A stretch of 64,000 bases of DNA, from the NCBI GenBank assembly GCA_965202665.1, contig OZ241841.1, positions 1,280,001 through 1,344,000 of the forward strand, written 5' to 3'. This document shows, one piece after another, positions 40,362 to 50,698 of this stretch; positions within the stretch are counted from its first letter, which is position 1, and each line of letters opens with the position of its first letter. Under the pieces are notes generated by a model. The model saw nothing but the letters and a program-made list of their open reading frames with translations, was not told where the DNA came from and ran no database searches. The position numbers and the translations under genes were made by a program. This DNA is from Candidatus Spongiisociaceae bacterium. Its GTDB lineage: Bacteria; Actinomycetota; Acidimicrobiia; Spongiisociales; Spongiisociaceae.

Positions 40362-40811
40362 TCAGGCCCCCCACTTGAGGACCATGGCCAGGATGGTGAA
40401 CGCCACCAGCCCCGCATCCATCCAACCCGCCCAGGCGATGCGGGCGGCCGCCTCCCGCCCCGCCGGACGGTCCCCCCGTTGGTAGGCGGAGGCGGCCAGC
40501 CTCCCCGCCGGCCCGAACACGGCCATTCCCAACGCGGCGCCCGCGACCGTCATCAGAATCCCGATTATCACAAACAGGTCGGTCATGGAATAAACCTCGC
40601 TTTGCAACCCGATCAGGCCGAACCCGGTTATGAACAGCAACACGGCGGCGGGCATTTGCACCACCCGGGCCAGGTTGACGGTGAAACCGAACCAAGCGGC
40701 CGCGGCCGCATTGTCCGCCCGCATGGCGCGACCGCCCAAGTTGCGGACCAGGGCGGCCCCGAACCAGGCCGCGGCGGACAAGATGTGAATGAAATAGAGA
40801 AACTCGGTCAC
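40362..40811 (-). CDS. 4-TM membrane protein (DUF2269-like)
   Basis: HILSAAAWFG...ITGFGL...MVLKWGA pattern; four hydrophobic helices. Confidence 0.75.
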   Translation of the reverse strand: MTEFLYFIHILSAAAWFGAALVRNLGGRAMRADNAAAAAWFGFTVNLARVVQMPAAVLLFITGFGLIGLQSEVYSMTDLFVIIGILMTVAGAALGMAVFGPAGRLAASAYQRGDRPAGREAAARIAWAGWMDAGLVAFTILAMVLKWGA

Positions 40812-40851
40812 CGGCCGCCTTTCCAGTCTGAACCTTTGCCGGAAACCCAGC

Positions 40852-41997
40852 CTAACATTCTCCGGGGCGGGGGCGGAAACGGGCGGGGGACAACTCCTCG
40901 GCGGTGAAACCGGCCTCCCGCATCTCCGGGGGCGGTTCCCCGTTTTCTATGAGGGCGGCCGCCAACCGGCCCGCGCCGGGGGCGGTCTGAATGCCCGTCC
41001 CCCCCTGGCCGGCCAGCCAGAAAAACCCCTCCGCCCGCTCGTCGAACCCAATCACCATGTTCCGGTCGGGGGCGAAGGTGCGCAGGCCGGTCCAAGAGGA
41101 ACGGACGGTGCGGATTCCGATTAGGGAGGCGTCGTTGATGCGGTCGATGGCCAAAGCCACGTCGATTTCCCGCGGACGGGCGTCGCAGGGCGGGGATGGG
41201 TTTTCTTCGGCCAGGGAGCACAACATTTGCCCCCCGTCCGGTTTGGCGTACCAATTCATTTCGATGTCGGCCGACAACGGGGCCCCCGCCCATTCCGCCC
41301 GACCGGGAACCGTGAAGGCGGTGCGCCGCATGGGGGACAAACCCACCGGCTCCGCCCCCGCCCGTTCCGCCACCGAATCGCCCCACGCCCCCGCCGCGTT
41401 GACCACCGTCCGGCAGGCGATGGTCCGCCCTCCGGCGTTCACCGTCCAGCCTCCGCCCTCCCCGGTCAAGCCGGCGACCGGGGAACCGGTCAGAATGCGG
41501 GCTTCGGCCCGTCTCATCCCCCGCACGAAGACCTGATGCAGGGCGGCCACGTCGATGTCGGCCGCTTCCGGCTCCCACAACCCGGCCGCAAACCTGCCCG
41601 GCCGCAAATACGGGACCAACTCCGTCACGTCGTCGGCGCCCAGCCTGCGCCATCCTTCGCCGGCGGCGGCTTCCTCCTCCAAATGCCGTTCCTGGCCGGG
41701 CCGGGCCACATAAGCCGCCCCGCGCCGGGTCAGCAACGGCCCATCGGCCAGCCCGGCAGGCGGGTCGGTGAAAAACTCCCGGCCGGCCCTGGTCAGATAA
41801 CGGTTGAGAGGAGAGCCGTAGTTTTCAAAGAACAGGGCCGCCGACCGACCGGTGGTGTGATAGGCCAAAACATCCTCCGCCTCCGCTAAAACCACCCGGC
41901 GCCCCGCCTCCGCTAAGAAAAACCCCGCCGAAACCCCGGCGATCCCCCCGCCCACCACCACCACATCCGCCGACAAATTATTGGAAGACAACGCCAA
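40852..41997 (-). CDS. FAD-dependent oxidoreductase (DAO/glycine oxidase family)
   Basis: VVVVGGGIAG, YHTTGRSAA, VNAAGAW, WTGLRTFAPD, GQGGTGIQTAP; start uncertain (41991-42045). Confidence 0.9.
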   Translation of the reverse strand: MALSSNNLSADVVVVGGGIAGVSAGFFLAEAGRRVVLAEAEDVLAYHTTGRSAALFFENYGSPLNRYLTRAGREFFTDPPAGLADGPLLTRRGAAYVARPGQERHLEEEAAAGEGWRRLGADDVTELVPYLRPGRFAAGLWEPEAADIDVAALHQVFVRGMRRAEARILTGSPVAGLTGEGGGWTVNAGGRTIACRTVVNAAGAWGDSVAERAGAEPVGLSPMRRTAFTVPGRAEWAGAPLSADIEMNWYAKPDGGQMLCSLAEENPSPPCDARPREIDVALAIDRINDASLIGIRTVRSSWTGLRTFAPDRNMVIGFDERAEGFFWLAGQGGTGIQTAPGAGRLAAALIENGEPPPEMREAGFTAEELSPARFRPRPGEC

Positions 41998-42129
41998 TCC
42001 GCTCCATGGGAACTTGACCCGCCGCCGGAACAACCATATTTCCATACCATAGCAAACGCGTACCGCGCGCCCTTCGCTGATTTGAAATCAAACCGGCGGT
42101 GATCCGGGCCGGGGTGGCATTATGGGGGG

Positions 42130-43095
42130 ATGCTGGCTTGGCGGATGGACGAATTCGGTCATTACTCCAACCTGCGGCTGGCGGATCTTCCCTCCCCGCC
42201 CTTGGGCGAGGGGCAAGTCCGTATTCGCAACTTGGCGGCCGGAGTCAACTTTGCCGACTTGTTGATGGCGGAAGGGAAATACCAAGTTCGCCCCGACCCG
42301 CCTTTTACGCCCGGCTTTGAATGCGCCGGGGAGGTGATGGAATCCGCCCACCCCCGCTTCGCGCCCGGCGACCTGGTGTTCTGCGGACTGTGGCACGGAA
42401 CCTACGCCGAGGAGGTGATCGCCCCCGCCGATCGCACCTGGCGCATACCGCCGGGGGTTTCCCCCATCGCCGCCGCCGCCCTCTACGCCAACTACATGAC
42501 CGCCGCCTGCGGATTGCTCGGCGCGGCGGACCTGCGGCCGGGGGAATGGACGGCGGTGACCGGGGCCGCGGGCGGGGTGGGAACCGCCGCCCTGCACATC
42601 GCCCGGGCGGTCGGGGCCAAAACCCTGGCGGTGGTGGGCGACCTCCGCAAAACCGCCGCCGTCCGGGAGGCGGGGGCGGAGGCGGTCCTGCTAGCCGGGG
42701 ACCCCGACCTGCGTGGGAAAATAGACGACCTGACCGACGGACGCCGTCTGGACGCGGTGGTGGATGTAACGGGAGGGAAACTAGCCGAGGTCCTGTTGCG
42801 TTCCCTGCGTTACAACGGACGTTACCTGGTGACGGGTTTCGCTTCCGGGGTCATCCCGTCTTTCCGGGCCAACCTGCTGTTGCTAAAGGCGGCCCGCGTG
42901 ATCGGAGTCAATCTGGGCCGCGTCGTGGAAGAAGAACCCGACCTGTTCCTCCGGATGCTGGAAAGGCTGGGGGAATGGATCAGGCTAGGGACGATCGTCC
43001 CCAAAATCACCACTATGCCCATGGAACGACTGCCGCAGGCTTTGGCCTTGGTGGAGGAGCGCCGGACGGACGGCAAACTGGTGCTAATTCCTTGA
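42130..43095 (+). CDS. NADPH:quinone oxidoreductase family protein (MDR, Zn-independent)
   Basis: GVNFADLLM.EGKYQ, PFTPGFE, GAAGGVG, GFASG.IP, GKLVL. Confidence 0.9.
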   Translation: MLAWRMDEFGHYSNLRLADLPSPPLGEGQVRIRNLAAGVNFADLLMAEGKYQVRPDPPFTPGFECAGEVMESAHPRFAPGDLVFCGLWHGTYAEEVIAPADRTWRIPPGVSPIAAAALYANYMTAACGLLGAADLRPGEWTAVTGAAGGVGTAALHIARAVGAKTLAVVGDLRKTAAVREAGAEAVLLAGDPDLRGKIDDLTDGRRLDAVVDVTGGKLAEVLLRSLRYNGRYLVTGFASGVIPSFRANLLLLKAARVIGVNLGRVVEEEPDLFLRMLERLGEWIRLGTIVPKITTMPMERLPQALALVEERRTDGKLVLIP

Positions 43096-43135
43096 CCGTC
43101 CCGCCTGCTTCCGCGCAGTCGGATATAGTGGGGTC

Positions 43136-43807
43136 ATGACCGACTCCCCCCGGCCTCCGACCGCGGCCCCCGCCGTCGAGTTCGTGTACGTGGGGGATGT
43201 CATGTGCTCCTGGTGCTGGGGGTTCGCCCCGGTTCTGGACCGCCTCCGGAAACGATTCGGGATTCCCATCCGGGTGGTGAACGGAGGGTTGCGTCCCGGG
43301 CCGCACGCCCAACTCCTGGACCCGGAAATGGCCTCCTACTTGACGGGTGCTTGGTCCAAAGTGGAGGAAGCCACCGGCCAGCCGTTCGACCCGACCTGGC
43401 TGGCCAAACGGCTGGAAGGCCCGCCTTGGAAATTCGATTCGGAGTTGCCCGCCATCGCGGTGACGGTTATGCGCCGTCATTCGCCGGAGGACGCCCTGAA
43501 TTTCTTCTGCGACTTGCAACACGCCTTCTACGCCCGGGGGGCCGACCTGACCGAACCGGCGGCTTACCGCCCGTTGCTGGCCCGATACCCGGTGGACGCC
43601 GACCGGCTCCACTCCGAACTGCTGACCCCCGAAGCGCAACGGGCCGCTTGGGAGGACTTTCAGGAGGCCCGGACAATGGGCGTGTTCGGGTTTCCGTCCC
43701 TGTTCATCCGCCAAAACGGGCAGCTGGCGGCGGTGGCCCGGGGCTATCAGCCTTTCGAACAAACGGCCGAGGTGGCGGCCGTTCACCTAAAACCGAAGCC
43801 CGCCTGA
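43136..43807 (+). CDS. DsbA-family thioredoxin-fold protein
   Basis: DVMCSWCWGF (CxxC), GVFGFPSL cis-Pro loop. Confidence 0.9.
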   Translation: MTDSPRPPTAAPAVEFVYVGDVMCSWCWGFAPVLDRLRKRFGIPIRVVNGGLRPGPHAQLLDPEMASYLTGAWSKVEEATGQPFDPTWLAKRLEGPPWKFDSELPAIAVTVMRRHSPEDALNFFCDLQHAFYARGADLTEPAAYRPLLARYPVDADRLHSELLTPEAQRAAWEDFQEARTMGVFGFPSLFIRQNGQLAAVARGYQPFEQTAEVAAVHLKPKPA

Positions 43808-43839
43808 TCCCCCATCATCCCCCCGGCGCGTCCCGCCGG

Positions 43840-44070
43840 TCAATGTTTCATAGCCCGCAGGGTGCCCACGAAACCGCCCGCGAACACTCCCAGCAAAACG
43901 CCGGGGAGCAGGCCGGCCACGATGGAGGTAAGCAAACTCCGATCGGTGATCAGCCACACCGCCAAGCACATAATTACGAACACCGGTACGAACACCACCG
44001 CGATGCCTTTCAGAACCGATTTGCCGAAGGCGGCGTCTTCGTCGTCGCTACCGTCGTATTCGTCCGACAT
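43840..44070 (-). CDS. Small 2-TM membrane protein (76 aa)
   Basis: ATG at 44070 with [10 protein letters not shown]; acidic N-terminus then two hydrophobic helices. Confidence 0.7.
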   Translation of the reverse strand: MSDEYDGSDDEDAAFGKSVLKGIAVVFVPVFVIMCLAVWLITDRSLLTSIVAGLLPGVLLGVFAGGFVGTLRAMKH

Positions 44071-44108
44071 TTTCACTCCTCCCGGGCCGGGCGTCCTCCC
44101 GGAGCAGT

Positions 44109-44798
44109 TTAGCGTCCCCGCCGCGACAACTCCTCCCAATCGGGCCCCGGCGAACCCGCCGCCTCCGCCGCCCGCGACAGGTATTCGGAACGGGCCGTCT
44201 CCACCGCGCCCAGCGACCGCAGATGCGGGGTCAGCCACTGCACATCCAACAAAGGCTCCGCCAGCTCAGACATTATTTCCACCAGCTTCGCCAAGGCGGC
44301 CTTGGAAGCGTCCCGGCGCCGGTAAAACTTGGACTCCGCGCAGAACAATCCCCCAATGGAAACCCCGTACAGCCCCCCCGCCAGTTCCCCGTCCTCCCAA
44401 GCCTCCAGCGAATGGGCCCAGCCCAGATGATGCAACCGCCGGTAGGCCCGGGCCATCCCGTCGGTGATCCATCCGCCGGGGCGGGACGGGTCGGCGCACC
44501 CGGCCACCACCCCGGCGAAGTCCCGGTCGACGGTTATGCGATAACGGCGCGCCGAGCGGCGCAGGGAACGGGAGGGGGCGAACCGCTCCACCGGCAACAC
44601 CCCCCGGGGGTCGGGCGACCACCAGGCCGGCGCCCCTACCGCGGGATGGGGCATCGGAAAGAAACCCGCCCGGTAGGCGGCCAGCAAAGTCCCCGGTTCC
44701 AAGTCCCCGCCCACCGCCGCCAACCCTTCCGGCCCGACCTGCTCCGCCGGCGGGAAAACCCAGGCGGAAGTCTCCGGGCGGCGGACGGGGGGCATCAC
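44109..44798 (-). CDS. aat: Leucyl/phenylalanyl-tRNA-protein transferase
   Basis: AVGGDL, AYRAGFFP, WWSPDPRG, AHSLEAW, LAGGLYGV, CAESKF, DASKAAL. Confidence 0.95.
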   Translation of the reverse strand: MMPPVRRPETSAWVFPPAEQVGPEGLAAVGGDLEPGTLLAAYRAGFFPMPHPAVGAPAWWSPDPRGVLPVERFAPSRSLRRSARRYRITVDRDFAGVVAGCADPSRPGGWITDGMARAYRRLHHLGWAHSLEAWEDGELAGGLYGVSIGGLFCAESKFYRRRDASKAALAKLVEIMSELAEPLLDVQWLTPHLRSLGAVETARSEYLSRAAEAAGSPGPDWEELSRRGR

Positions 44799-44971
44799 CC
44801 TCCTTCGATAGGGGTTGCGGCGCGGTCAGGGGCGTAAGTCGGCTAAATTATCCCATACGGGCCCGCGCCCGACCAGCCTCCGCCCAGCGGGCGGCCCCTA
44901 GAGCCGGGGTGAAACCTGATGAACCCTGCAAGAGCATTCTCCCCCCCATCTGCAGACAGGGCCGCCCGGCG

Positions 44972-46057
44972 ATGAAAATCGGGCTGGTGCGGGAGACCAA
45001 AACCGACGAACGGCGGGTGGCCCTCACTTCGGCGGGCGTGGAAACCTTGGTCGACGACGGCCATGCGGTGCTGGTCCAATCCGGGGCCGGAGAGGGTTCT
45101 TTCATAACCGACGGGGACTACGCCGGGGCCGGGGCGCAACTGGTGGAAGAAGCCGGCCAAGTGTGGGCGCAGGCCGAGCTGATCGTCAAAGTCAAAGAAC
45201 CGCAACCGGACGAATTCGACCTGCTCGCTCCCGGAACCATCCTGTTCACCTACTTGCATCTAGCCGCCTACCCGGAAGTGGCGGATGTCCTGCGCCGCCG
45301 GGAAATCACCTCCATCGCCTATGAGACGGTGCGGCTGGCGGACGGAACCCTGCCGCTTCTGGCCCCGATGTCGGAAGTGGCGGGGCGGATGTCGGTGCAG
45401 CTGGGGGCCCGCTTTCTGGAAAGTTACGAAGGCGGACGGGGGATTTTGCTGGCCGGAGTGCCGGGAGTCCCCCCGGGACGGGTGGTGATCATCGGGGCCG
45501 GCTCGGCCGGGTGCAACGCGGTGCAGATCGCGGTGGGGATGGGGGCGGAAGTGGCGGTGTTCGACCTCAACCCGGCCCCGCTCCGCCATCTGGACCAGGT
45601 TTACCACGGGCGGATCACCACCGGCATCGCCAACCCGGTGGCGGTGCGGGACGCGGTGGCCAAAGCCAATGTGGTGATAGGGGCGGCCCTCATCCCCGGG
45701 GCCCGCGCCCCGCGCGTGCTGACCGCCGAAGATGTGCGGGCCATGAAACCGGGTTCGGTGGTCCTGGATCTGGCCATCGACCAGGGAGGGGGTTTTGAAA
45801 CATCCCGGGAAACCACTCACACCAACCCCACTTTCGTGGTGGACGATGTGGTGCATTACGCGGTGGGCAACATCCCGGGGGCGGTCCCCCGCACATCCAC
45901 CTACGCCCTCACCAACTCCACCCTCCCCTATCTGCGCCTCATCGCCGGACGCGGCCTCGACGAAGCCATGGAGCGCCGTCCGGAACTGAAGCCCGGCCTG
46001 AACACGTACCGCGGCCAAGTGGTAAACGAGGCGGTGCGGGCGGCCCTGGCCTCCTGA
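44972..46057 (+). CDS. ald: Alanine dehydrogenase
   Basis: ERRVAL, VKVKEP, FTYLHLAA, PLLAPMSEVAGR, DLAIDQGG, NIPGAVPRTST. Confidence 0.97.
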   Translation: MKIGLVRETKTDERRVALTSAGVETLVDDGHAVLVQSGAGEGSFITDGDYAGAGAQLVEEAGQVWAQAELIVKVKEPQPDEFDLLAPGTILFTYLHLAAYPEVADVLRRREITSIAYETVRLADGTLPLLAPMSEVAGRMSVQLGARFLESYEGGRGILLAGVPGVPPGRVVIIGAGSAGCNAVQIAVGMGAEVAVFDLNPAPLRHLDQVYHGRITTGIANPVAVRDAVAKANVVIGAALIPGARAPRVLTAEDVRAMKPGSVVLDLAIDQGGGFETSRETTHTNPTFVVDDVVHYAVGNIPGAVPRTSTYALTNSTLPYLRLIAGRGLDEAMERRPELKPGLNTYRGQVVNEAVRAALAS

Positions 46058-46060
46058 CCG

Positions 46061-48514
46061 ATGGCCGCCGACGGAGCGAATCAAGCGGGCGGGGCCCTGC
46101 CGGAACGGGCGCAGGCGGTGGTGGTGGGCGGCGGGATCGTGGGATGCTCGGCGGCCTACCACCTAACCCGGCGGGGGATAACCGACGTGCTGTTGCTGGA
46201 GCAGAACACCCTCACCGGCGGCGCCACCTGGCACGCGGCCGGGCTGGTCAGCAAACTCAAATCGGGGCATACTTTGACCAGGCTGGCCGCCTACACCGCC
46301 GACCTGTACGCGAAGTTGGAGGAGGAGACCGGCCAAGCCACCGGCTACCGCAACACCGGTTCCATAACCGTGGCCTCCGACTTTGAACGGTGGGAGGAGA
46401 TCCGGCGGGGAATGTCCATGGCCAAAACGGCCGGCATCCACATGGAAGTCATCTCTCCCGACCAGGCGAAAGAGATGTGGCCGCTGATGCGCACCGACGA
46501 CCTGGTGGGCGTCGCCCACCTGCCGGAGGACGGCCAGACCAGCCCGGTGGACACCACCAGGGCCTTGGCCCAAGGGGCCAGGCAACGGGGGGCGGTCATA
46601 CGGGAGGGGGTGGCGGTGGAGCGGGTGCGGGTGCGCAACGAACGGGCGGTAGGGGTGGAAACCGAACAAGGGTTCGTGGAAGCGGAGACGGTGGTGCTGG
46701 CTTGCGGAATGTGGACCCGCCAGTTGGCGGCCGCCGCCGGAGTGAACGTGCCCTTGCACCCCTGCGAGCATTTTTACGTGGTCACCGAACCGATGGAGGG
46801 GATCACCCCGGGGATGCCCACCTTGCGCGACCCGACCAACTTCACCTATTTCAAAGAGGAGTCCGGGAAACTGATGGCCGGCTTTTTCGAACCCCGCGCC
46901 AAAACCTGGAAATTCGAAGTCCCCCGCGATTTCGCGTTCGGGACCCTGCCGGAGGATTGGGAGCACATCAGCCCGGTGCTGGAACGTTCCATCCACCGCA
47001 TCCCCGCCCTCGGCCAAGCCGGCATCCAGCTGTTCATGAACGGGCCGGAGTCTTTCACCCCGGACGGGGTCTACTACCTGGGGGAATCCCCGGAAGTGGA
47101 CGGCCTGTTCGTGGCGGCCGGTTTCAACTCGGTGGGAATCCAATCGGCGGGCGGAGCGGGCCGGGTTTTAGCCGACTGGATCGCCGACCGCCATCCCCCG
47201 ATGGACCTGACCGCGGTGGATCTGCGCCGGGCTTTCCCCGCCCAAGCGGACCGGACCTACTTGGAGGAGCGCATCTCCGAAAGCCTGGGCTTGTTGTACG
47301 CCATGCACTGGCCTTTCCGGCAGTTCGAATCCGCCCGGGATGTGTTTCGTTCGCCACTGCACGACCGCCTGCTGGACTGCGGGGCGGTGTTCGGCGAAAC
47401 CGCCGGGTGGGAGCGCCCCAACTGGTTCGCCCTTCCCGGCGGCGAGCGGGAATACCGCTACTCCTACGGCAAGCAAAACTGGTATCCGGCCTCGGCCCGG
47501 GAATGCGAGGCCGCCCGGCAACGGGTAGCGGTGTTCGACCAGTCGTCCTTCGCCAAATTCCGGGTCTCCGGCCCCGACGCCCTGCCGGTTCTCAACCGGC
47601 TGGGCGGAGCCAACATCGATGTTCCGCCGGGCAAGGTGGTCTACACGCAGTGGCTGAACAAGCGGGGGGGCATAGAAGCCGACCTGACCGTCACCCGCCT
47701 CAGCGAAGAGGAGTTCTTGGTGATCACCGGGGCGGCGGTCGCCAACCGGGACTACCACACCTTGCGCCGGGCATTGCGGGGACGCCGGGCCCGGCTGGCC
47801 GATGTGACGGAACAGACGCCGACCATCGGGGTGATGGGCCCCCGCTCCCGGGATTTGCTGTCGGCCCTGACCGATGACCCGTTGGACGATGACTCTTTCC
47901 CTTTCGGCTGGTCCCGCGAGATAACGGCGGCCGGGATTCCGGTGCTGGCCCTGCGCATCAGTTACGTGGGGGAGATGGGATGGGAGTTGAACGCCCCGCC
48001 CGACCATATCGGCCGGCTGTGGGATGCTGTACTGGCGGAGGGCGCCCGGCACGGGGCCTCCCCCGCCGGATACCACGCCATGAACTCGTTGCGCTTGGAA
48101 GCCGGATACCGGCATTGGGGGCATGACATAACCGATGTCGACGACCCGTTTGCGGCCGGGCTGTCTTTTACCATCGACTGGGATAAACCGGGCGGCTTCC
48201 AAGGCCGGGAGGCCCTCCTGGAACGGCGCGCCGACCCGGTGCGCCCCCGGCGGCTGGCCCAGTTCCGGCTCCGGGACCCGGACCGCATCCTCTACCACGA
48301 TGAGCCCATTTACCGAGACGGGGTTCTGGTGGGACGCACCACCTCCGGCATGTTCAGCCACACCTTCGGGGCCTGCCTGGCCATGGGTTACGTGGAACAC
48401 GCCGACGGGGTGACCGCCGACTGGATGGCGGCCGGCCGGTTCGCCGTTGAGGCGGCGGGCGACCCCATCCCCGCCGACGCCGGACTGCGCGCCTTCTACA
48501 AATCCCGCGCCTGA
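46061..48514 (+). CDS. GcvT-family FAD-dependent dehydrogenase (dimethylglycine/sarcosine dehydrogenase-like)
   Basis: GGGIVG, GATWHAAG, NGPESFTPDG, GWERPNWF, SYVGEMGWEL, SLRLEAGYRHWGHDI. Confidence 0.94.
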   Translation: MAADGANQAGGALPERAQAVVVGGGIVGCSAAYHLTRRGITDVLLLEQNTLTGGATWHAAGLVSKLKSGHTLTRLAAYTADLYAKLEEETGQATGYRNTGSITVASDFERWEEIRRGMSMAKTAGIHMEVISPDQAKEMWPLMRTDDLVGVAHLPEDGQTSPVDTTRALAQGARQRGAVIREGVAVERVRVRNERAVGVETEQGFVEAETVVLACGMWTRQLAAAAGVNVPLHPCEHFYVVTEPMEGITPGMPTLRDPTNFTYFKEESGKLMAGFFEPRAKTWKFEVPRDFAFGTLPEDWEHISPVLERSIHRIPALGQAGIQLFMNGPESFTPDGVYYLGESPEVDGLFVAAGFNSVGIQSAGGAGRVLADWIADRHPPMDLTAVDLRRAFPAQADRTYLEERISESLGLLYAMHWPFRQFESARDVFRSPLHDRLLDCGAVFGETAGWERPNWFALPGGEREYRYSYGKQNWYPASARECEAARQRVAVFDQSSFAKFRVSGPDALPVLNRLGGANIDVPPGKVVYTQWLNKRGGIEADLTVTRLSEEEFLVITGAAVANRDYHTLRRALRGRRARLADVTEQTPTIGVMGPRSRDLLSALTDDPLDDDSFPFGWSREITAAGIPVLALRISYVGEMGWELNAPPDHIGRLWDAVLAEGARHGASPAGYHAMNSLRLEAGYRHWGHDITDVDDPFAAGLSFTIDWDKPGGFQGREALLERRADPVRPRRLAQFRLRDPDRILYHDEPIYRDGVLVGRTTSGMFSHTFGACLAMGYVEHADGVTADWMAAGRFAVEAAGDPIPADAGLRAFYKSRA

Positions 48515-48582
48515 GCTGATCTGGAACCCGCCGTCCTTCTCGGGATTGGGTAAAATCGCCGCAGGCTACGGAAAGGACTTCA

Positions 48583-48990
48583 ATGCCCGACCTTGAACGT
48601 TTCTGCACCATCTCTGCCTCTTTGGCGATGGAGGTCATCGGACCCACCCCCGGCGGAATGCGGGTCGATTTTCCTTTCACCGGGACGGCGACCGGGCCCC
48701 ACTGGGAAGGAGAGTGGCCGGTGAAAGGAGTGGATTACGTAACGATCCGCTCCGATAACAACCTGGCCTTGGACATAAGGGCCACCATCGGCGAGGGCAG
48801 GGACGTAATCGCCTATCGGGGATCCGGGGTTTCCATACGGTTGGACGAGAAAACAGCTGAGCCCTACGAGTTGCTCACTTTTGAGACGGCCAGCGAAAAA
48901 TTCGCTTGGCTCAACACCTGCATCGCGGTCGGCTTGGGCCGGGGAGAGGGCATGGATCTGACCATCGACTTTTACGTGGTGCGCCGCTAA
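48583..48990 (+). CDS. DUF3237-like beta-barrel protein
   Basis: IGPTPGGMR...G.D...IRSD...LDIRA...FETASEKFAWLN; GAAAGGA RBS. Confidence 0.7.
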   Translation: MPDLERFCTISASLAMEVIGPTPGGMRVDFPFTGTATGPHWEGEWPVKGVDYVTIRSDNNLALDIRATIGEGRDVIAYRGSGVSIRLDEKTAEPYELLTFETASEKFAWLNTCIAVGLGRGEGMDLTIDFYVVRR

Positions 48991-49015
48991 CGGGCGGACC
49001 CAACGGGAGGAGGTA

Positions 49016-49049
49016 GGTCCGACCGGGTGGTCACGGGCCCGGTCGGACC
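49016..49049. terminator. 12-bp GC-rich hairpin after the DUF3237-like gene
   Basis: GGTCCGACCGGG / CCCGGTCGGACC perfect stem with a 10-nt loop; no U-tract. Confidence 0.5.
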
Positions 49050-49351
49050 GGAAAACGCGGGAACTCCGACTTGATTGCCCATCCATCCAACCCGAATGCG
49101 GATGGTCCAATGCGACTAACCCCAATGCCAGGTTTGTCCAAGTTGCCAGGTTCCAGGATTGTCTTTCCAGGTTTCCAAGTAGCCAGCCCGGGAATGAGAC
49201 CGCCCCAAACCAGCCAAGCGCAACTTTAGCGCCGCCTCCCGAACCTGTCAAAATCACATCCGGGTGCGACGCAATCCGATCCGCTCCTGAAACGTCCGCC
49301 GCGCCCCATTGCCGCCAAAACAACCCTAAAAGGTGGCATGCTTAAACCCTG

Positions 49352-50698
49352 ATGCGTTCCAGAGCATGCACTTTTTGCGGTGAACGGGAGCAACGGGTCA
49401 CCGCTTTGGTGGCCGGGCCCGGCCGGGCGGTCATCTGCGACCAGTGCGTCGATCTCGCCTCCGGCTTGGTCAAAGAACGGCTGACGCCGGGCGGCGACAT
49501 GGTTTTGGGCAACATCGGACGGCTGGCCACCAACAACCCCCGCTTCCAGGGAATGCTGGGCATCATCACCGACGCCGCCTTGGCCGTCCGCCGGGGCCGG
49601 GTGGCCTGGGCCGGCCCGGCCGAGCGGCTCCCCTCCGGACTGGAGTCGCTGCCCCGCATCGACTGCGAACAACGGACGGTAATGCCCGGCCTGATCGACG
49701 CCCACACCCATCTGCTGTTCGGGGGGGAACGGAGCCGGGAGTTCGCCCTGTTGGCCGCCGGCATACCGGAAACCAAGGCCATCATGCAGGGCGGGGGGGC
49801 GGCCGCCACCGCCCGGGCCACCCAGGTCATGGATGTGGACGCCTTCGCCGATCTGGTGAGCGAACGGCTCAACCGGATGCTGGAATTCGGAACCACCACG
49901 GTGGAGGCATCGGCGGGTTTCTCCGCCAACCATCAGGACGAGTTGAACCTGCTGCGGGTGGCGGACATGATCCAGAAACGGCAACCGGTGGATCTGATAC
50001 CCACCTTCAACCTGTCGATTTTCCCATCCTTGGGCTCGGAGCGGGAAAGAATCATCGCTCATCTGACCTCCTCCGCCCTGCCGGGGGCGGCCCGCAAAAG
50101 TTACGGCCTGCGGGTTTCCCACGGCGGGCGTTTTCCCACCTACGAGGAGGGCCGGGACCTGTTGGAAAAGGGGGCCGCGCTGGGCATGCCGACCAAGGTG
50201 CACCGGGAGGGGGATGCGATGGGGCAGGCCCACGAGCTGGCTTTGGAAACCAACACCCCGGTCGTGGATCACTGTGATGCGGTGGACGCCCGCTCCGCCG
50301 CCGCCATGGGGCGGACGGGCATTGCGGTGGTTATCACCCCGGTCACCGCCTTGGCCCGGCAGGAGGAGGTTCCGGCCATTCAGGAACTGATCGCCTGCGG
50401 CGTTCCGGTGGCCATCGGCACCGACTGCGGCCCGTCCCCGGTGATGAACGAGTCCCTTCCGCTGGCCATCTCCTTGGCGGTGTTGGGAATGGGGCTTACC
50501 CCCGATCAGGCGATCTGGTCGGCCACCCGGGGTTCGGCCATAGCCCTCGGCTTGGAAGACCGGGGATGGATCGGGCCGGGGGCGATAGCCGATCTGCTCA
50601 TTTTGGACGCCCCTCATCCGGATCATCTCACCTACCGGCCCGGCGCCGATCTGACCTGGAAGGTGCTGAAGGCCGGCTCGGTGGTGGTCAGCCGTTGA
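49352..50698 (+). CDS. ClpX C4 zinc finger fused to a HutI (imidazolonepropionase)-like amidohydrolase
   Basis: N-terminal CTFCG...LVAGPG.AVICDQCV; then PGLIDAHTHLLFGG.R..EF, GTTTVE, KVH, DH, IGTD, G.I.PG..ADL. Confidence 0.85.
   Translation: MRSRACTFCGEREQRVTALVAGPGRAVICDQCVDLASGLVKERLTPGGDMVLGNIGRLATNNPRFQGMLGIITDAALAVRRGRVAWAGPAERLPSGLESLPRIDCEQRTVMPGLIDAHTHLLFGGERSREFALLAAGIPETKAIMQGGGAAATARATQVMDVDAFADLVSERLNRMLEFGTTTVEASAGFSANHQDELNLLRVADMIQKRQPVDLIPTFNLSIFPSLGSERERIIAHLTSSALPGAARKSYGLRVSHGGRFPTYEEGRDLLEKGAALGMPTKVHREGDAMGQAHELALETNTPVVDHCDAVDARSAAAMGRTGIAVVITPVTALARQEEVPAIQELIACGVPVAIGTDCGPSPVMNESLPLAISLAVLGMGLTPDQAIWSATRGSAIALGLEDRGWIGPGAIADLLILDAPHPDHLTYRPGADLTWKVLKAGSVVVSR

Noticed and set aside
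49050-49340. Lower-GC intergenic stretch with short CCAGG/CCAAG recurrences; possible ncRNA or small ORF
   Set aside because: No regular period, recognisable RNA motif or credible start; not enough support
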